Assembly (NCBI GenBank): GCA_951406725.2
Contig: OX597827.1
Coordinates: forward strand, 79,670,001-79,734,000
Length of the DNA stretch: 64,000 nt
Direction: 5' to 3'
Source of the DNA: Octopus vulgaris
Lineage: Eukaryota
Shown: positions 38,291-50,189 of the stretch, piece by piece
How positions within the stretch are numbered: position 1 is the first letter of the stretch
Layout: every line of letters begins with the position of its first letter
Program-made: the position numbers and the translations under genes
The notes under the pieces: generated by a model
The model's input: only the letters and a program-made list of their open reading frames with translations
Database searches by the model: none
Told to the model about the DNA's origin: nothing

Positions 38291-41071
38291 TCATCATCAT
38301 CATCATCATCGTTTAACGTCCGCTTTCCATGCTAGCATGGGTTGGACGGTTCAACTGGGGTCTGGGGAGCCCAAAGGCTGCACCAGACCAGTCAGATCTG
38401 GCAGTGTTTCTACAGCTGGATGCCCTTCCTAACGCCAACCACTCCGAGAGTGTAGTGGGTGATTTTATGTGCCACCGACACAGGTGCCAGACGAGGCTGG
38501 CGAACGGCCACGCTCGGATGGTGTTTATGTGCCACCGACACAGGTGCCAGACGAGGCTGGCAGACGGCCACGCTCGGATGGTGTTTTTTATGTGCCACCA
38601 ACACAGATGCCAGACGAGGCTGGCGAACGGCCACGATCGGATGGTGTTTGTTACGTGCCCACAGCACAGAGGCCAGTCGATGCGGTACTGGCTACGGCCA
38701 CGTTCGGATGGTTTTCTTATGTGCCACCGGCACTGGTACCACAAAGATACAAATTCCATTGATGTTCATCTATTTTGAATTGGTTTGATTTTCACTTGCC
38801 TCAACAGGTCTTCACAAGTGTCACAAGAAGGAAGGTATGCACAGGTGGACTGACTACGTCCCAGGTAGGGGCACGGGTTATGGCCTCACTAGTCTTGCCG
38901 GGTCTTCTCACGCACAGCATACTTCCATAGGTCTCGGTCACTAGTCATTTCCTTGCTGAGACCTAAAGTTCGAAGGTCGTGCTTCACCACCTCGTCCCAG
39001 GTTTTCCTGGGTCTACCTCTTCCACAGGTTCCCTCAACTGCTAGGGTGTAGCACTTTTGCACACAACTATCTTCAGCCATTTTCGTCACATGACCATACC
39101 AGCGCAGCCGTCTCTCTTGCACACCACAACTGATGCTTCTTAGGTTCAACTTTTCTCTCAAGGTACTTACACTCTGTCGATTATGAACACTGACATTACA
39201 CATCCATCGGAGCATACTGGCTTCATTTCTTGCGAGCTTACGCATATCCTCAGCAGTCACGGCCCATGTTTCACTACCATGTAGCATGGCTTTGCGTACA
39301 CATGCATCATACAGTCTGCCTTTTACTCTGAGCGAGAGGCCTTTTGTCACCAGCAGGGGTAAGAGCTCTCTAAACTTTGCCCAGGCTATTCTTACTCTAG
39401 CAGTTACACTTTCAGCACACCCACCCCCGCTACTGACTTGGTCACCTAGGTAGCGGAAGCTATCAACTACTTCTAGTTTTTCTTCCTGGAACATGGTAGA
39501 CGTTGGTCTCTGCACATTTTCAGTGTTTATTGCTCCTGAGCATCTGCCACAGACAAAAACTATTTTCCTAGTTAGCCTTCCTTTGACATTGCTACACCTC
39601 TTATGTGTCCATAGCTTGCACTTGGTGCACCTTATAGAGTTTCTACCTACACCTTTTTTACAGATCGAGCAGGGCCATCTACCTGAAGGCGTTTGTGACT
39701 TGTCTACTTTCCTACTTATTAGGACTTTGGTTTTGGCTAGATTGATTCTGAGGCCCTTCGATTCTAGACCTTGCTTCCACACCTGAAACTTCTCTTCCAG
39801 TTCTGATAGTGACTCAGCAATTAGAGCAAGGTCATTAGCATAGAGGAGCTCCCAGGGGCATCCTGTCTTGAATTCCTCCGTTATTGCCTGGAGGACTATG
39901 ATAAATAGGAGGGGACTGAGGACTGAACCTTGGTGGACCCCAACCTCTACCCGGAATTCTTCACTGTACTCGTTGCCAACCCTCACCTTACTAGCAGCGT
40001 CTCTGTACATGGCTCGCACAGCTCTCACTAACCATTCATCTATCCCTAATTTCCTCATTGACCACCAGATAAGGGATCGGGGGACCCTGTCAAAGGCTTT
40101 CTCCATGTCAACAAAAGCCAGGTACAAGGGCTTATCTTTGGCTTGGTATTTCTCCTGCAGCTGTCTTACCAGGAATATAGCATCAGTAGTACTTTTCCCT
40201 GGCACGAACCCAAACTGCATCTCATCTAAGCTAACTCTCTCTCTAATTAATTGGGCTATAACCCTCTCCGTAACCTTCATTACCTGATCCAGCAGCTTGA
40301 TTCCCCTCGTAGTTATTTGTATCTAGGGCGTCACCTTTACCTTTGTAGCAGTTGACTATTATGCTGCTACACCAGTCATTGGGTATGACTCCTTCGTGTA
40401 TCACCTGGTTAACTATACGGGTGACTATGCTATAGCCGACACTACCAGATATTTTGACCATCTCTGCAGTAATTCCTGATGGGCCTGGGGCTTTCCCTGT
40501 TTTCATGCTTGTAATTGCCTTAACTACTAAGGAACTGTTAAATCGGATTGCTGGTCCCTCTGTTGGGTCGACATTCGGCAGACTCTCTTTATCCCATTCA
40601 TTTTCCTCATTCAGCAACCTTTCATAGTGGCGTCTCCAAGCCTCTCTCTTTGCATCCTCATTTAGCGCAAGTGAACCGTCATCCTTGCGAACACATTTCT
40701 CTCCTACCACGTCACGATTCTCTCTCACACACTGTCTAGCAACACGAAATACCTCAAGTCTTTCATCCTCACGGCGCAGGACATTGGCAAATTTTTTCTT
40801 ATCTGCTTCCCCTCTGGCTAGATAGACCTGTCTCCTAGCTTCTCTTCTGGCAGTCTGATACACTTCCCTGCTACCACCGTTCTTCCAGGCCTTCCAAGCC
40901 TGTTTCTTTTGTCTAATAGCCCTGTCAACAATATTGTTCCACCACCACATTACCTTAGGTCGAGAGGGGACTTTGCACCAGCCACAGATCTGGTCAGTGG
41001 CTTTCAGCAGGTTGTCCCTCAGAAGCGTCTAGTTGTCTTCTACCCCATGCGTAGCTATAACCCCTTCCGAC
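38291..41071 (-). mobile_element. Longest RTE LINE copy (2.8 kb, 5'-truncated, no endonuclease; one frameshift; YADD changed to YAND)
   Basis: ORFs 40243-40950 and 38889-40280: MKTGKAPGPSG, QFGFVPGKST, FVDMEKAFDRV, GVHQGSVLSPLLF, LLYAND, FRYLG, RLRWYGHV, RGRPRKTW. The 3'UTR array and (GAT)n tail follow. Confidence 0.95.
38456..38736 (-). repeat. Tandem ~58-65 nt structured modules (4-5 copies) in the RTE 3'UTR
   Basis: Unit on + strand: tttatgtgccaccgacacaggtgccagacgaggctggcgaacggccacgctcggatggtg. Confidence 0.92.
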
Positions 41072-42260
41072 ATGGCAGACTGAAAAACTTTTGAAAAGTG
41101 CTGGTGACTTATGGATGTCCTGAAAAACTTGTTAACAGCATCAAGCAGTTCCTCCCAGGAATGAAAGGGCTAGTCTCAGGTGATTGAGGATTTAGTAAAG
41201 CATTACAGTTCATCACAGTGTGAAGCAGGGGTGCATACTTTCCCTTGCACTCTTCTCTCTTTACTTTGCAGCTGTGCATGACACTATGAGGGTCAATCTG
41301 CACAAGGGGTTTCCTTCTTTAACTTAGCTCGTCTTCATGCCTCCACCAAAATCAGAGGAATGTGTGTTAGGGAGCTGCTATACACAGATGACTCAGCTCT
41401 CATGGTTATCAGCATTGAGGATATCCAACACACTGTGGGGCAGTTTTTTTGTGCAGCTTGGTCTCAAAATCAACACTTTTAAGACTGAGCTGCTCTACTA
41501 GTCCCCCACCCACCAGATGTTCTAATAGATTGAGAGAGCCCAAGCCAGTGACAGAATATGGAGAACCCCTGAAGTACACCAAAGCCTTTACCTGTCTTAA
41601 CAGTGCAGTGACTTTTCAGACCTCAAAGTTGAGAGGTAAATACTGCATGTTGTAAAGGCTTTTGGCTCTCTTGAGTCTTTTGAGCTGTCATTACATCACC
41701 TACAACACAGAGATAAAGATGTACAGTGCTGCAGTGGTCCTTTGCCACCTCTACACCATGGAATGCATAGCACGCTTCTGCAGGCACATTAAGTTCCTGA
41801 TGCAAGTCTAACTTCATCATCTGTGCTCCATCTTGCATATCAGATGGCAGGATCACATTTCTGATGTTGAGGTCTTGTACTGCACTATTGCTGTTAGGCC
41901 CTCGGTATCCCATGTTTGCAGGAAAGGCAGTTTTCTATACTGAACTATGACAGGGAAGGAGAAGTCATAGTGGCCAGAGGTTTCAATACAGAGATATGCT
42001 GAAGAGACATATGAAAAACTTCTGTATTTCTCCCGACACTTGGGAGGAGAAGGCGCTGGTGAATGGTACAGATCACTGAAGCTCATAATTCCAGCCACTG
42101 AGGAGACACAAGAGAGAGAATATAAAAGATCCCCTGAGGAGCATCACTTCTTTGTTGGATCAAGTAACTTCACCTGCAACAGATGTCATCACTGCTGCAG
42201 AGCAAGGGCACACCATGTAGCCCCATGCAAGCCTGCTGAAGATAATTTCTGAACAGAACA
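41072..42260 (+). mobile_element. Decayed BovB-like RTE LINE
   Basis: YGCPEKLV, FNLARL...VRELLYTDDSAL (about 41320-41400) and a C-terminal TCNRCHHCC..H zinc-finger-like end. Confidence 0.75.
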
Positions 42261-42301
42261 GTCAGTGTCAACTCTTGATAGACAGCTGATGAGGATATAT
42301 A

Positions 42302-43360
42302 TACAAGCTGGTATGAAAATGTTCCTGGACTATTTACTTAAGTTTTAACATCATCTCCTTTGAATTAGTCACCTTGCACAGCAATATACCAGTTCCAGTG
42401 TTCTGCCACTTCTGAAATCCAGCCTGGAAGTAATTTTCTGTAAGCAAGTTTCAGAGTTTCTGAGACTTGCCTGGGATCTTGACAATGATGTTAGAAAGGT
42501 GACCTTTGAGTTGCCTTTTCATCTTGGGGAGGAGATGAAGTAATCTGGAGATTAGGGCAGCTGCGGAAGCAATACTGTGTTGCTTTTGGTGAGAAACTCC
42601 TGAGTGAGGAGAACCCAGAGACAGGGTGTATTGCTGTGAAGAATCCAATTCTTCATGCTCCACAGATTCAGTTGATTTCGCCAAATGTCTTCCTTGAAAC
42701 TCTTCAAAACATTGCCGTAAAACTCCAATTGACAGTCTGGCCCTAGGGGATGAATTCTTGATGCAGAATACGATGGATGTCGGAAAAAAAGGATGTGCCA
42801 CCTCTTGATTGATCTGCGACTCTGTCATGCCTTCTCGGGGTTGTACCTGTTGACCCAACTCTCGTCACCAGTGATGATCCTCAACATGAAGAATGGGTCA
42901 TCATTGGCACACTGATGGAGATCTAGATTGACTTAAATATGATGTTCTTTCTGCCCAGTGGTCAGCAGACGGTGGACAGTCCTGGCAGTGACATGCCACA
43001 TATTCAATTCAGATGTTAGGATTGCCTGCATAGACCCATACCACAGACTGGCAATATCAGTGATGTCATTGATTGTCCTCCAATGATCCTCATGCACAAG
43101 TTGATGAATTTTCTCCACATTTCCAGGAGTGACCCTTGTGGCAGGTCTTCCAGATCACTCATTGTGTTCAAGGACAGCCTTCTGCTTTTGAAGCACCTGT
43201 ACCATTTGAAATTTTGCATATGACCCATTGCTTCATTACTGTAACCTTGCCATGAGCTTGCTGAAGGGTGCTCAAGATATCTGTAGCAGACTTCCCAAGT
43301 TTAACACAAAGTTTCATGTTGGCCCTTTGTTCCAAGGGGTGCACTTGCATTCATGTGATA
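42302..43360 (-). mobile_element. Decayed mariner transposon
   Basis: EQRANMKLCVKLGKSAT, WYRCFK, KIHQLVHED.RTINDI, TGDESWV (about 42875-42855); TIR-like tacaagctggtatgaaaatgttcc after TA. Confidence 0.85.
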
Positions 43361-43499
43361 CATGTGCATGCTACATGTACACATATTTGCATACATGTGT
43401 TCATTTCAGGAAACCCAACAGGTGAATGTTTCTGTCATTTTTTCATGTAGTTCTCTTTTGCAAATAACAATGAAAACGTTTAGTATCCACTTAAAATAA

Positions 43500-44330
43500 T
43501 TGATCAAAGGAGCATAGATGAATTGTGAGACCAAACTAATACAAAAGAATCAGTTGTTGAGTCCGAGAGAGAAGACTGCTGGCAGGCATAGAGATGTGTA
43601 CAAAGAATGATAGTTTTGTGAAGAAATAGCAAATGCTATAAGAAGAAACCTGAGGAGGACATCAAAAGTGCTAAAGTCTGATCTTAGAATACTGGATCTC
43701 ACAAAAGAGATTTCAAAGGTGATCAGCTACTCTTGAGAAGAACTGCCAAACTCATGCAAACATAAGTAAACAGGCATAAAAGATGATGCTGATGATAGTT
43801 GTGGTTGAGGTTGTGCTGACAGTGGTAGTGGTGGTGATGAATTATGATGATGATGATGAAAAGTTCAGGGAGTTACTACTACAACTGGCAACAAGGCTCT
43901 TTTCTGTCGGAGTGAAAGGCAGATTATATGATGCTTGTGTTAGAACTGCAATGCTACGTGGTAGAGAGATGAGATATGGGCCTTGACAGCAGAGGACATG
44001 AGAAGACTGGAAAGAAATGAACTAGCATGCTCCATTGAATGTACAATGAAAGTGTGCATGAATGTCATAGAAAGCCTGTGTAATAAGAAGAATTGGGTGT
44101 AGTGTGCCAGAAAGAAGGCGATACTAGTCTGGATATGTGATGCATATAGATGAGGACAGCTGTGCAAAGAAGTGTTAATCACTAAACATGGCTGGAGCTT
44201 GAGAACAAGAAAGACATGGGATGAAGTAGTGAAGGCTGACTTGAGGATCCTGAACCTCAGAAGAAATGACAAAGACTTGGTTATCTGGTAGTATGAAGTT
44301 TCTTGAAAACCTACTCCTCATAATGAAACT
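43500..44330 (+). mobile_element. Two decayed RTE C-terminal fragments separated by (GTG)/(GAT) repeats
   Basis: KFRELLLQLATR..GVKGRLYDACVRTAML and aagacatgggatgaagtagtgaaggctgac. Confidence 0.7.
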
Positions 44331-45039
44331 GACTTCTAGAAGCACTGCATAAATATGCATACGTGTGTGTGTCTTGTATATACATATATATATATAGATA
44401 GATACTCATGCACATATAAGCACTCCATCAACCCCGTTTCATGTCCCCCCCCCCACACACACACACAATATCGTCCACTGCAGCTTCCTTCCCCTACCAT
44501 ATAGATAACCCTTTTCTCACTTGCTACTCAGAATCATCTCGTTCGACATTGATATTGTTCTCCACACTCATTTTACAGTGATCATTCCACCTTCTTGGCC
44601 CATCAAATTATCTCCCCTTATGTATTATTCTTAATCTATCTACTTCTCTCCTGCTGCCTACCCAAACATGTCATCTCCCTTTTTCTTCTCCTGTCAACAA
44701 TATCATTACTACCATACTGTTAATATCCTTGCAGCCTCCTTAACTCATGCCCTCTCTCCCCTTAATCTTTACAGATGTTGCCCACCTTCCTCTACCAAAT
44801 TTCCCTATTGCTTTCCTCACACAATCTTGTAACCCCCCCATTCCCTACCATCCACTACTGCTAACTGATGTTCCACCTGGACACCTCTTCACTACTGCCT
44901 ACCTCCTTGGATTACTTCTAAATTCATTCTCACTCTTTCTCCTAAATGTAAGTAGCCATGTAGTTCCTCTATAGCAAGAATACTCTCTACTCCAATCTCT
45001 TCCCTCCATTTAACATCCTTCCCTGGGTTTGTTGACTTG

Positions 45040-45260
45040 TGAGCTATATGGTGACATCAATAGTCCTGGTAACATAAAAAAAAGCACCCAGTACACCTTG
45101 TAAAGTGGTTGGTGTTAGAAAGGGTATCCCTCTGTTGAGACCATGCCAAAGCAGACACTGGAGTACAATGCAGTTCTTAATCCACTATATCCTTGTCAAA
45201 TAGCCCAACCCATGCCAGTATGGAACATAGACATTGAAGTATGATGATGATGATGATAAT
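45040..45260 (+). mobile_element. Older RTE 3'-terminal fragment
   Basis: aaaagcaccca...gtggttggtgttagaaagggtatcc...cccatgccagtatggaa...atgatgatg. Confidence 0.7.
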
Positions 45261-48084
45261 GGTGATATTGCTTATTAATCTGTAACCTTTTCCACTAAGC
45301 TCTTTGCATAGTCATAAAATATTTTTATGGTCATAAAAATATTTCAGATACTAAATGTAAGCTTTTCACATCATTTCCATAACTATTCATCATTCTCATT
45401 ATCAAGGTCAGATATAGAGCTTTATATTTTGTCATTATTACCATGTAGATATTTGATATCATCATAAATAAATTTGATATTACAAGGAGCTTATACCATG
45501 GGTAATTTTCAATGATTTTAAGTTCTGTTCTCTCAGGTTATATATACTATTTCTATTAAAAAAGAAACATGCAATCTTATAAATTCTTTCATTGAATAAA
45601 TATTTATTAAAGTATCAGTTGAAATTTATTCCAACTGATATTTTGCATATTTTATGAAGCTAATTAAATACATTTTTATTCACTGGGCCATAGACCTTGA
45701 AGTCTTGTTTCTACCTTAAAGTGAATCTTCCAATTTGGGTATATTAATTTCTGTGAAGTCAACAGTGAATTAAATTTGACTCCCAAGGCTTAAGTTAACC
45801 TGAGGTTAATGTAAAAAGCATTTGTATGAAGTGCTGTCAAGAAGGATTGAACTCAAAGCAACATAGCTGCAAAGTCTGCGCATGTTATTTTGCACCACTA
45901 CTATTTATATATCAGCCTCCATTCCGAAGATTGATTTAATACTTCAGTGTCTCAGAAGTGACTGAAGCAAGGAAGTTTAGTGTCTGCTTTGGTAACTGAG
46001 AAACTTCTGAAGTTAGGAAGTTTGAATTAATTTTATGAAGGATTACCAATGAAAATAGAAATTGCCATTTATTTCAGTTTCAAATTTAGAAGCAATTTTT
46101 GAAAATTTGTCCAGTTTAAGAAAACCAAAATTCAGTAGAAACATATATGAAACAAAATAAGCAAAATGCAATAAAATATATTCCTTCTCAGTGAAGTACC
46201 ACCTACTGTCTTTTACATCGGGTGACGATGTCAGGAGCACAAACATTAAATGATTAACTATCTCTGTAGAAAACACTGTTTTGGTTGTTTTCATTTGAAA
46301 AGGTTTTTGTTAATATTAGGCCAAATATTTCTTCTGATTAGTTAATAATACAGGAGCAGGGTGCAACACTGAATGAACCCTACTTCTATTTCTTCACTTT
46401 GATCACATTTTCTTTTTATTAAGAGAGACTTTTGTAGCTATAAGGTTATGAATAAAAAATGTATCATGTCAAAAAATGTTTTTCTTTGCTTGGTGGCTAT
46501 AAAATATACTTCAATGTATTTCATAATAATCAGGAAATAGTAAGTAAATAAATACAAAAAATTATTATTCATGAGTTATATGTTTCAAGCCATATTAAAC
46601 ACAATAATAATAAATGAATGACATATTTAATAGCAGAAGTAGTAGATATTGATTTTGATGAAATGAAAATAACCACAGTATGAGACTCGGTGTTAAGTAA
46701 TAAAGATTTCAGTACAACATTAATGGAGAAGCTGCTTTGCAATAGAAGTGTGCTAAAGCTATTTTATTGTTATTATTATTATATGATTAAATGCTTGTGG
46801 ATTGATTTTATTCTTAGAGAGACTCAAAAGAGGAAAGACAAGATACAAATTAACAACGGGGATTTTGTAAATTCATTTCCCCCTTTTCTTACTCTTGGAT
46901 AAAGGGGAGCAACCCTTTACAATTCAGGCATAGTAGTGAAAGTAATATTTTTGCAGAAAATTGTTTTTAAGTCATTGTGTAACCCCTGATTGTGAAAATT
47001 TATGATCAAAGTCTTACTAACCATAATGATCCTGTTTAACAGCAACTACTTTGTCCAATCTCTCCTTCTTTTCTTAAGATTGTAGAATGTGATTGAAGGA
47101 AGGTTTAACTGTTATTTCTAGCTTCCACATAGTCTCTATTTTTGGTTCAATTATTTTAAAGGGTTTAGTATGTTTTTGTTAAACATATTATCATAGAACA
47201 AGAGTTAATGCAAAAATAAATTATAATTTAATTCTTGGTTGCATTCAGTTATTCTACTAATGTTACAGTTACCATTTTACCTTCCCTTAATTATAGGCCC
47301 TTTTCAATAAATCAATAAATTAGAAGAAACCATTTTTAAAATCAAATAGATATTTACAATGTTAAAAGATTATCACATCAAGAATTCTTTGAAACATTCT
47401 CTTTATTCATTTAGAAATTATTTTCAGGAGCATTTCGATATCTAGATATATCAACTGGTATATGTTTATATCTTGATATGCTCACTCAGACAATTTTCAC
47501 CACGGTTTGTTGTAGAACTTTCACAAAAAAATATTGTTTTAAACTGAATTAAATTTTAACTTCTTCTGTTAACTCATACTTTTATTTTGAAAATACTGTT
47601 GACAATACACTGAATATTAAACTGTTGCACATAATTTGTTGAGACATTTAATACTCAGAATTTCAAGTGAAAACTTTTTAATTCGAAATAATGAATTTAA
47701 AAGTAATTAAGTTTTTTACTAGAATATTGCCATCCCTCTTTTAGAGGTCACATATAGTTATCTCCCTTGGACTTCCTAAGCGTTGTCGATAAAAGACTGA
47801 TAATATGTTGGCACAGCATATGAGATGGGGGAGGCTGACTGGAAACGTTTGGCCATATGTAAGAACTCTCCAACTATCTTTGAATGATTGTATCAGTCCT
47901 CCCCATTTCCAGGCAGAAAATAAGCATCAGACAGCTCACTCGTCACTGGAGATTATAGTCTTCTTGTCAGTTGAAAAAGTCAGTTGATCCCACTAATTTT
48001 GGCTGGATAAAAGGAAGATATGTTAGAACTAGAAGTGAGTAGATGCATGCTGGGTGCAGGAGATAAGATGGAGGGAGTCTCATC

Positions 48085-49628
48085 TAGAGTCAATCTAGCT
48101 AAAACAAAAGTCCTAATAAGCAGGAAGGTAGACAAACCACAAATCCCTTCAGGTAGATGGCCCTGCTCGATCTGTAGAAAAGGCGTAGGTAGAAACTCTA
48201 TAAGATGTACCCAGTGTAAGCTATGGACACATAAGAGGTGCAGCAATGTCAAAGGAAGGCTAACTGGGAAGATAGTTTTTCTATGTGGCAGATGCTCAGG
48301 AACAATAAACACTGAAAATCTGCAGAAAACAACTTCCGTCACTTTCCAAGGGGAGAAACTAGAAGTGGTTGATAGCTTCCATTACCTAGGGGACCAAGTC
48401 AGTAGTGGGGGTGGGTGCGCTGAAAGTGTAACTGCTAGAATAAGAATAGCCTGGGCAAAGTTTAGGGAGCTCTTACCTCTGCTGGTGACTAAAGGCCTCT
48501 CGCTCAGATTAAAAGGCAGACTGTATGACGCATGTGTACGAACAGCCATGCTACATGGCAGTAAAACATGGGCCATGACTGCTGAGGACATGTGTAAGCT
48601 CACAAGGAATGAAGGCAGTATATACACTGTAATGTCAGTGTACATACTCGACAGAGTGTAAGTACCTTGAGAGAAAAGTTGGACCTAAGAAGCATCAGTT
48701 GTGGTGTGCAAGAGAGACGTTTGCGCTGGTATGGTCATGTGGCGAGAATGGATGAAGATAGGTGTGTGAAAAAGTGCCAATCCCTAGTGGTTGAGGGAAC
48801 CCGTGGAAGAGGTAGACCCAGGAAAACCTGGGACGAGGTGGTGAAGCACAACCTTCGAACATTAGGCCTCACCGAGGCAATGACTAGTGATTGAGACCTT
48901 TGGAAATATGCTGTGCGTAAGAAGACCCGGCAGGACAAGTGAGTCCATCCCGTGTCCCTTGCCAGGGATGTAGCCAACCCACTTATGCATGCCTTTCCTT
49001 CCTTGGACACTTGAAGACCTGTTGAGGCAAGTGAAGCTGAAGTTGAATTTGAAATCGAACCTCATCCGACGACTGGCACCCATGCCAACCTCCCTTCATT
49101 GGACACTAAACTCTGCTTGTGAAGACCTGTTGGGGCAAATCGGAATTGAAATTGAACCAATCCTATGACTGGCACCCGGCAGTTGCCAGTGCCGCTGGAC
49201 TGACTCCTGTGCAGGTGCAGGTAAAGAAACACTGTTTCGACCCTGTGCTTGAGGAGACCTATTGAGTCAAGTACACCAACATCAAAAATCAATGGAAATT
49301 GTAGATGTGATCCCTGTGCCAGTGGCACGTAAAAAGCACCATCCGAACGTGGCCGATGCCAGCACTGCCTTGACTGGCTTCCGTGCCGGTGGCACGTAAA
49401 AAACACCAGTCTGATCGTAGCTGTTGTCAGCCTTGCCTGGCACCTGTGCCAATGGAATGTAAAAAGCACCCACTATACTCACGGAGAGGTCGGCGTTAGG
49501 AAGGGCATCCAGCTGTAGAAACACTGCCAGATCAGACTGGAGCCTGGTGCAGCCTCCTGGCTTCCCAGATCCCGGTCGAACCGTCCAACCCATGCTAGCA
49601 TGGAGAACGGTCGTTAAACGACGATGAT
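48085..49628 (+). mobile_element. 5'-truncated RTE LINE (PHD plus thumb, long 3'UTR, module array, GAT tail)
   Basis: ORFs 48020-48661 and 48667-48894 are highly similar to the 38889-40280 ORF; modules at 49312-49471. Confidence 0.93.
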
Positions 49629-49641
49629 GGTATATTATATA

Positions 49642-49680
<39 letters not shown>

Positions 49681-49694
49681 GCATAGATATATAT

Positions 49695-49732
<38 letters not shown>

Positions 49733-50189
49733 GGAGAGTATTGTAGTTCGCTTGAAGCATTGTGTATTGTTTGTAAAGAATAAAAACTTTTGAATGGTAC
49801 CGCAATGCACTAATAATACAGACAATGGGCTGTGTATACCTGTTGTAATTTAGTCATCCATAGTCTTATATGATATTTTGGAATTATATTCCTTCTTCGG
49901 ATATTCTTAGATGGAGTTGCTGCTATAATCGGTTTTCTAACAACTTTTCTTTTCTATTCTTTTGGAAGTGTCTCAGCAGTGGTCTCACGATGCTCCTTCT
50001 GAAATTCCTCATGAGAAGTGTGTGAGGTCGGCCATGTCTCAATCTCATGTGTCCTGGTACATCCATAGCACTGCTTCTAAGCTACATGTTATATGTGCTG
50101 CTTCCTTCCCACCCACCCCTTATTTCTCTTCTCTTTTTTTATTTTTGTCATAAACTATAGATGAGCATGTGTGTGTGTGTGTGTGTGTG

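Noticed and set aside
38456-38736. CRISPR-like repeat/spacer array
   Set aside because: The spacers are homologous to each other, there are no cas genes, and the array is part of a eukaryotic LINE 3'UTR.
38889-40950. Active autonomous LINE
   Set aside because: 5'-truncated without endonuclease, frameshifted, and the catalytic YADD is YAND.
49312-49471. Twister, pistol or HDV ribozyme identity for the 3'UTR modules
   Set aside because: The catalytic consensus of these classes could not be matched by eye; only a simple H-type pseudoknot is supported.
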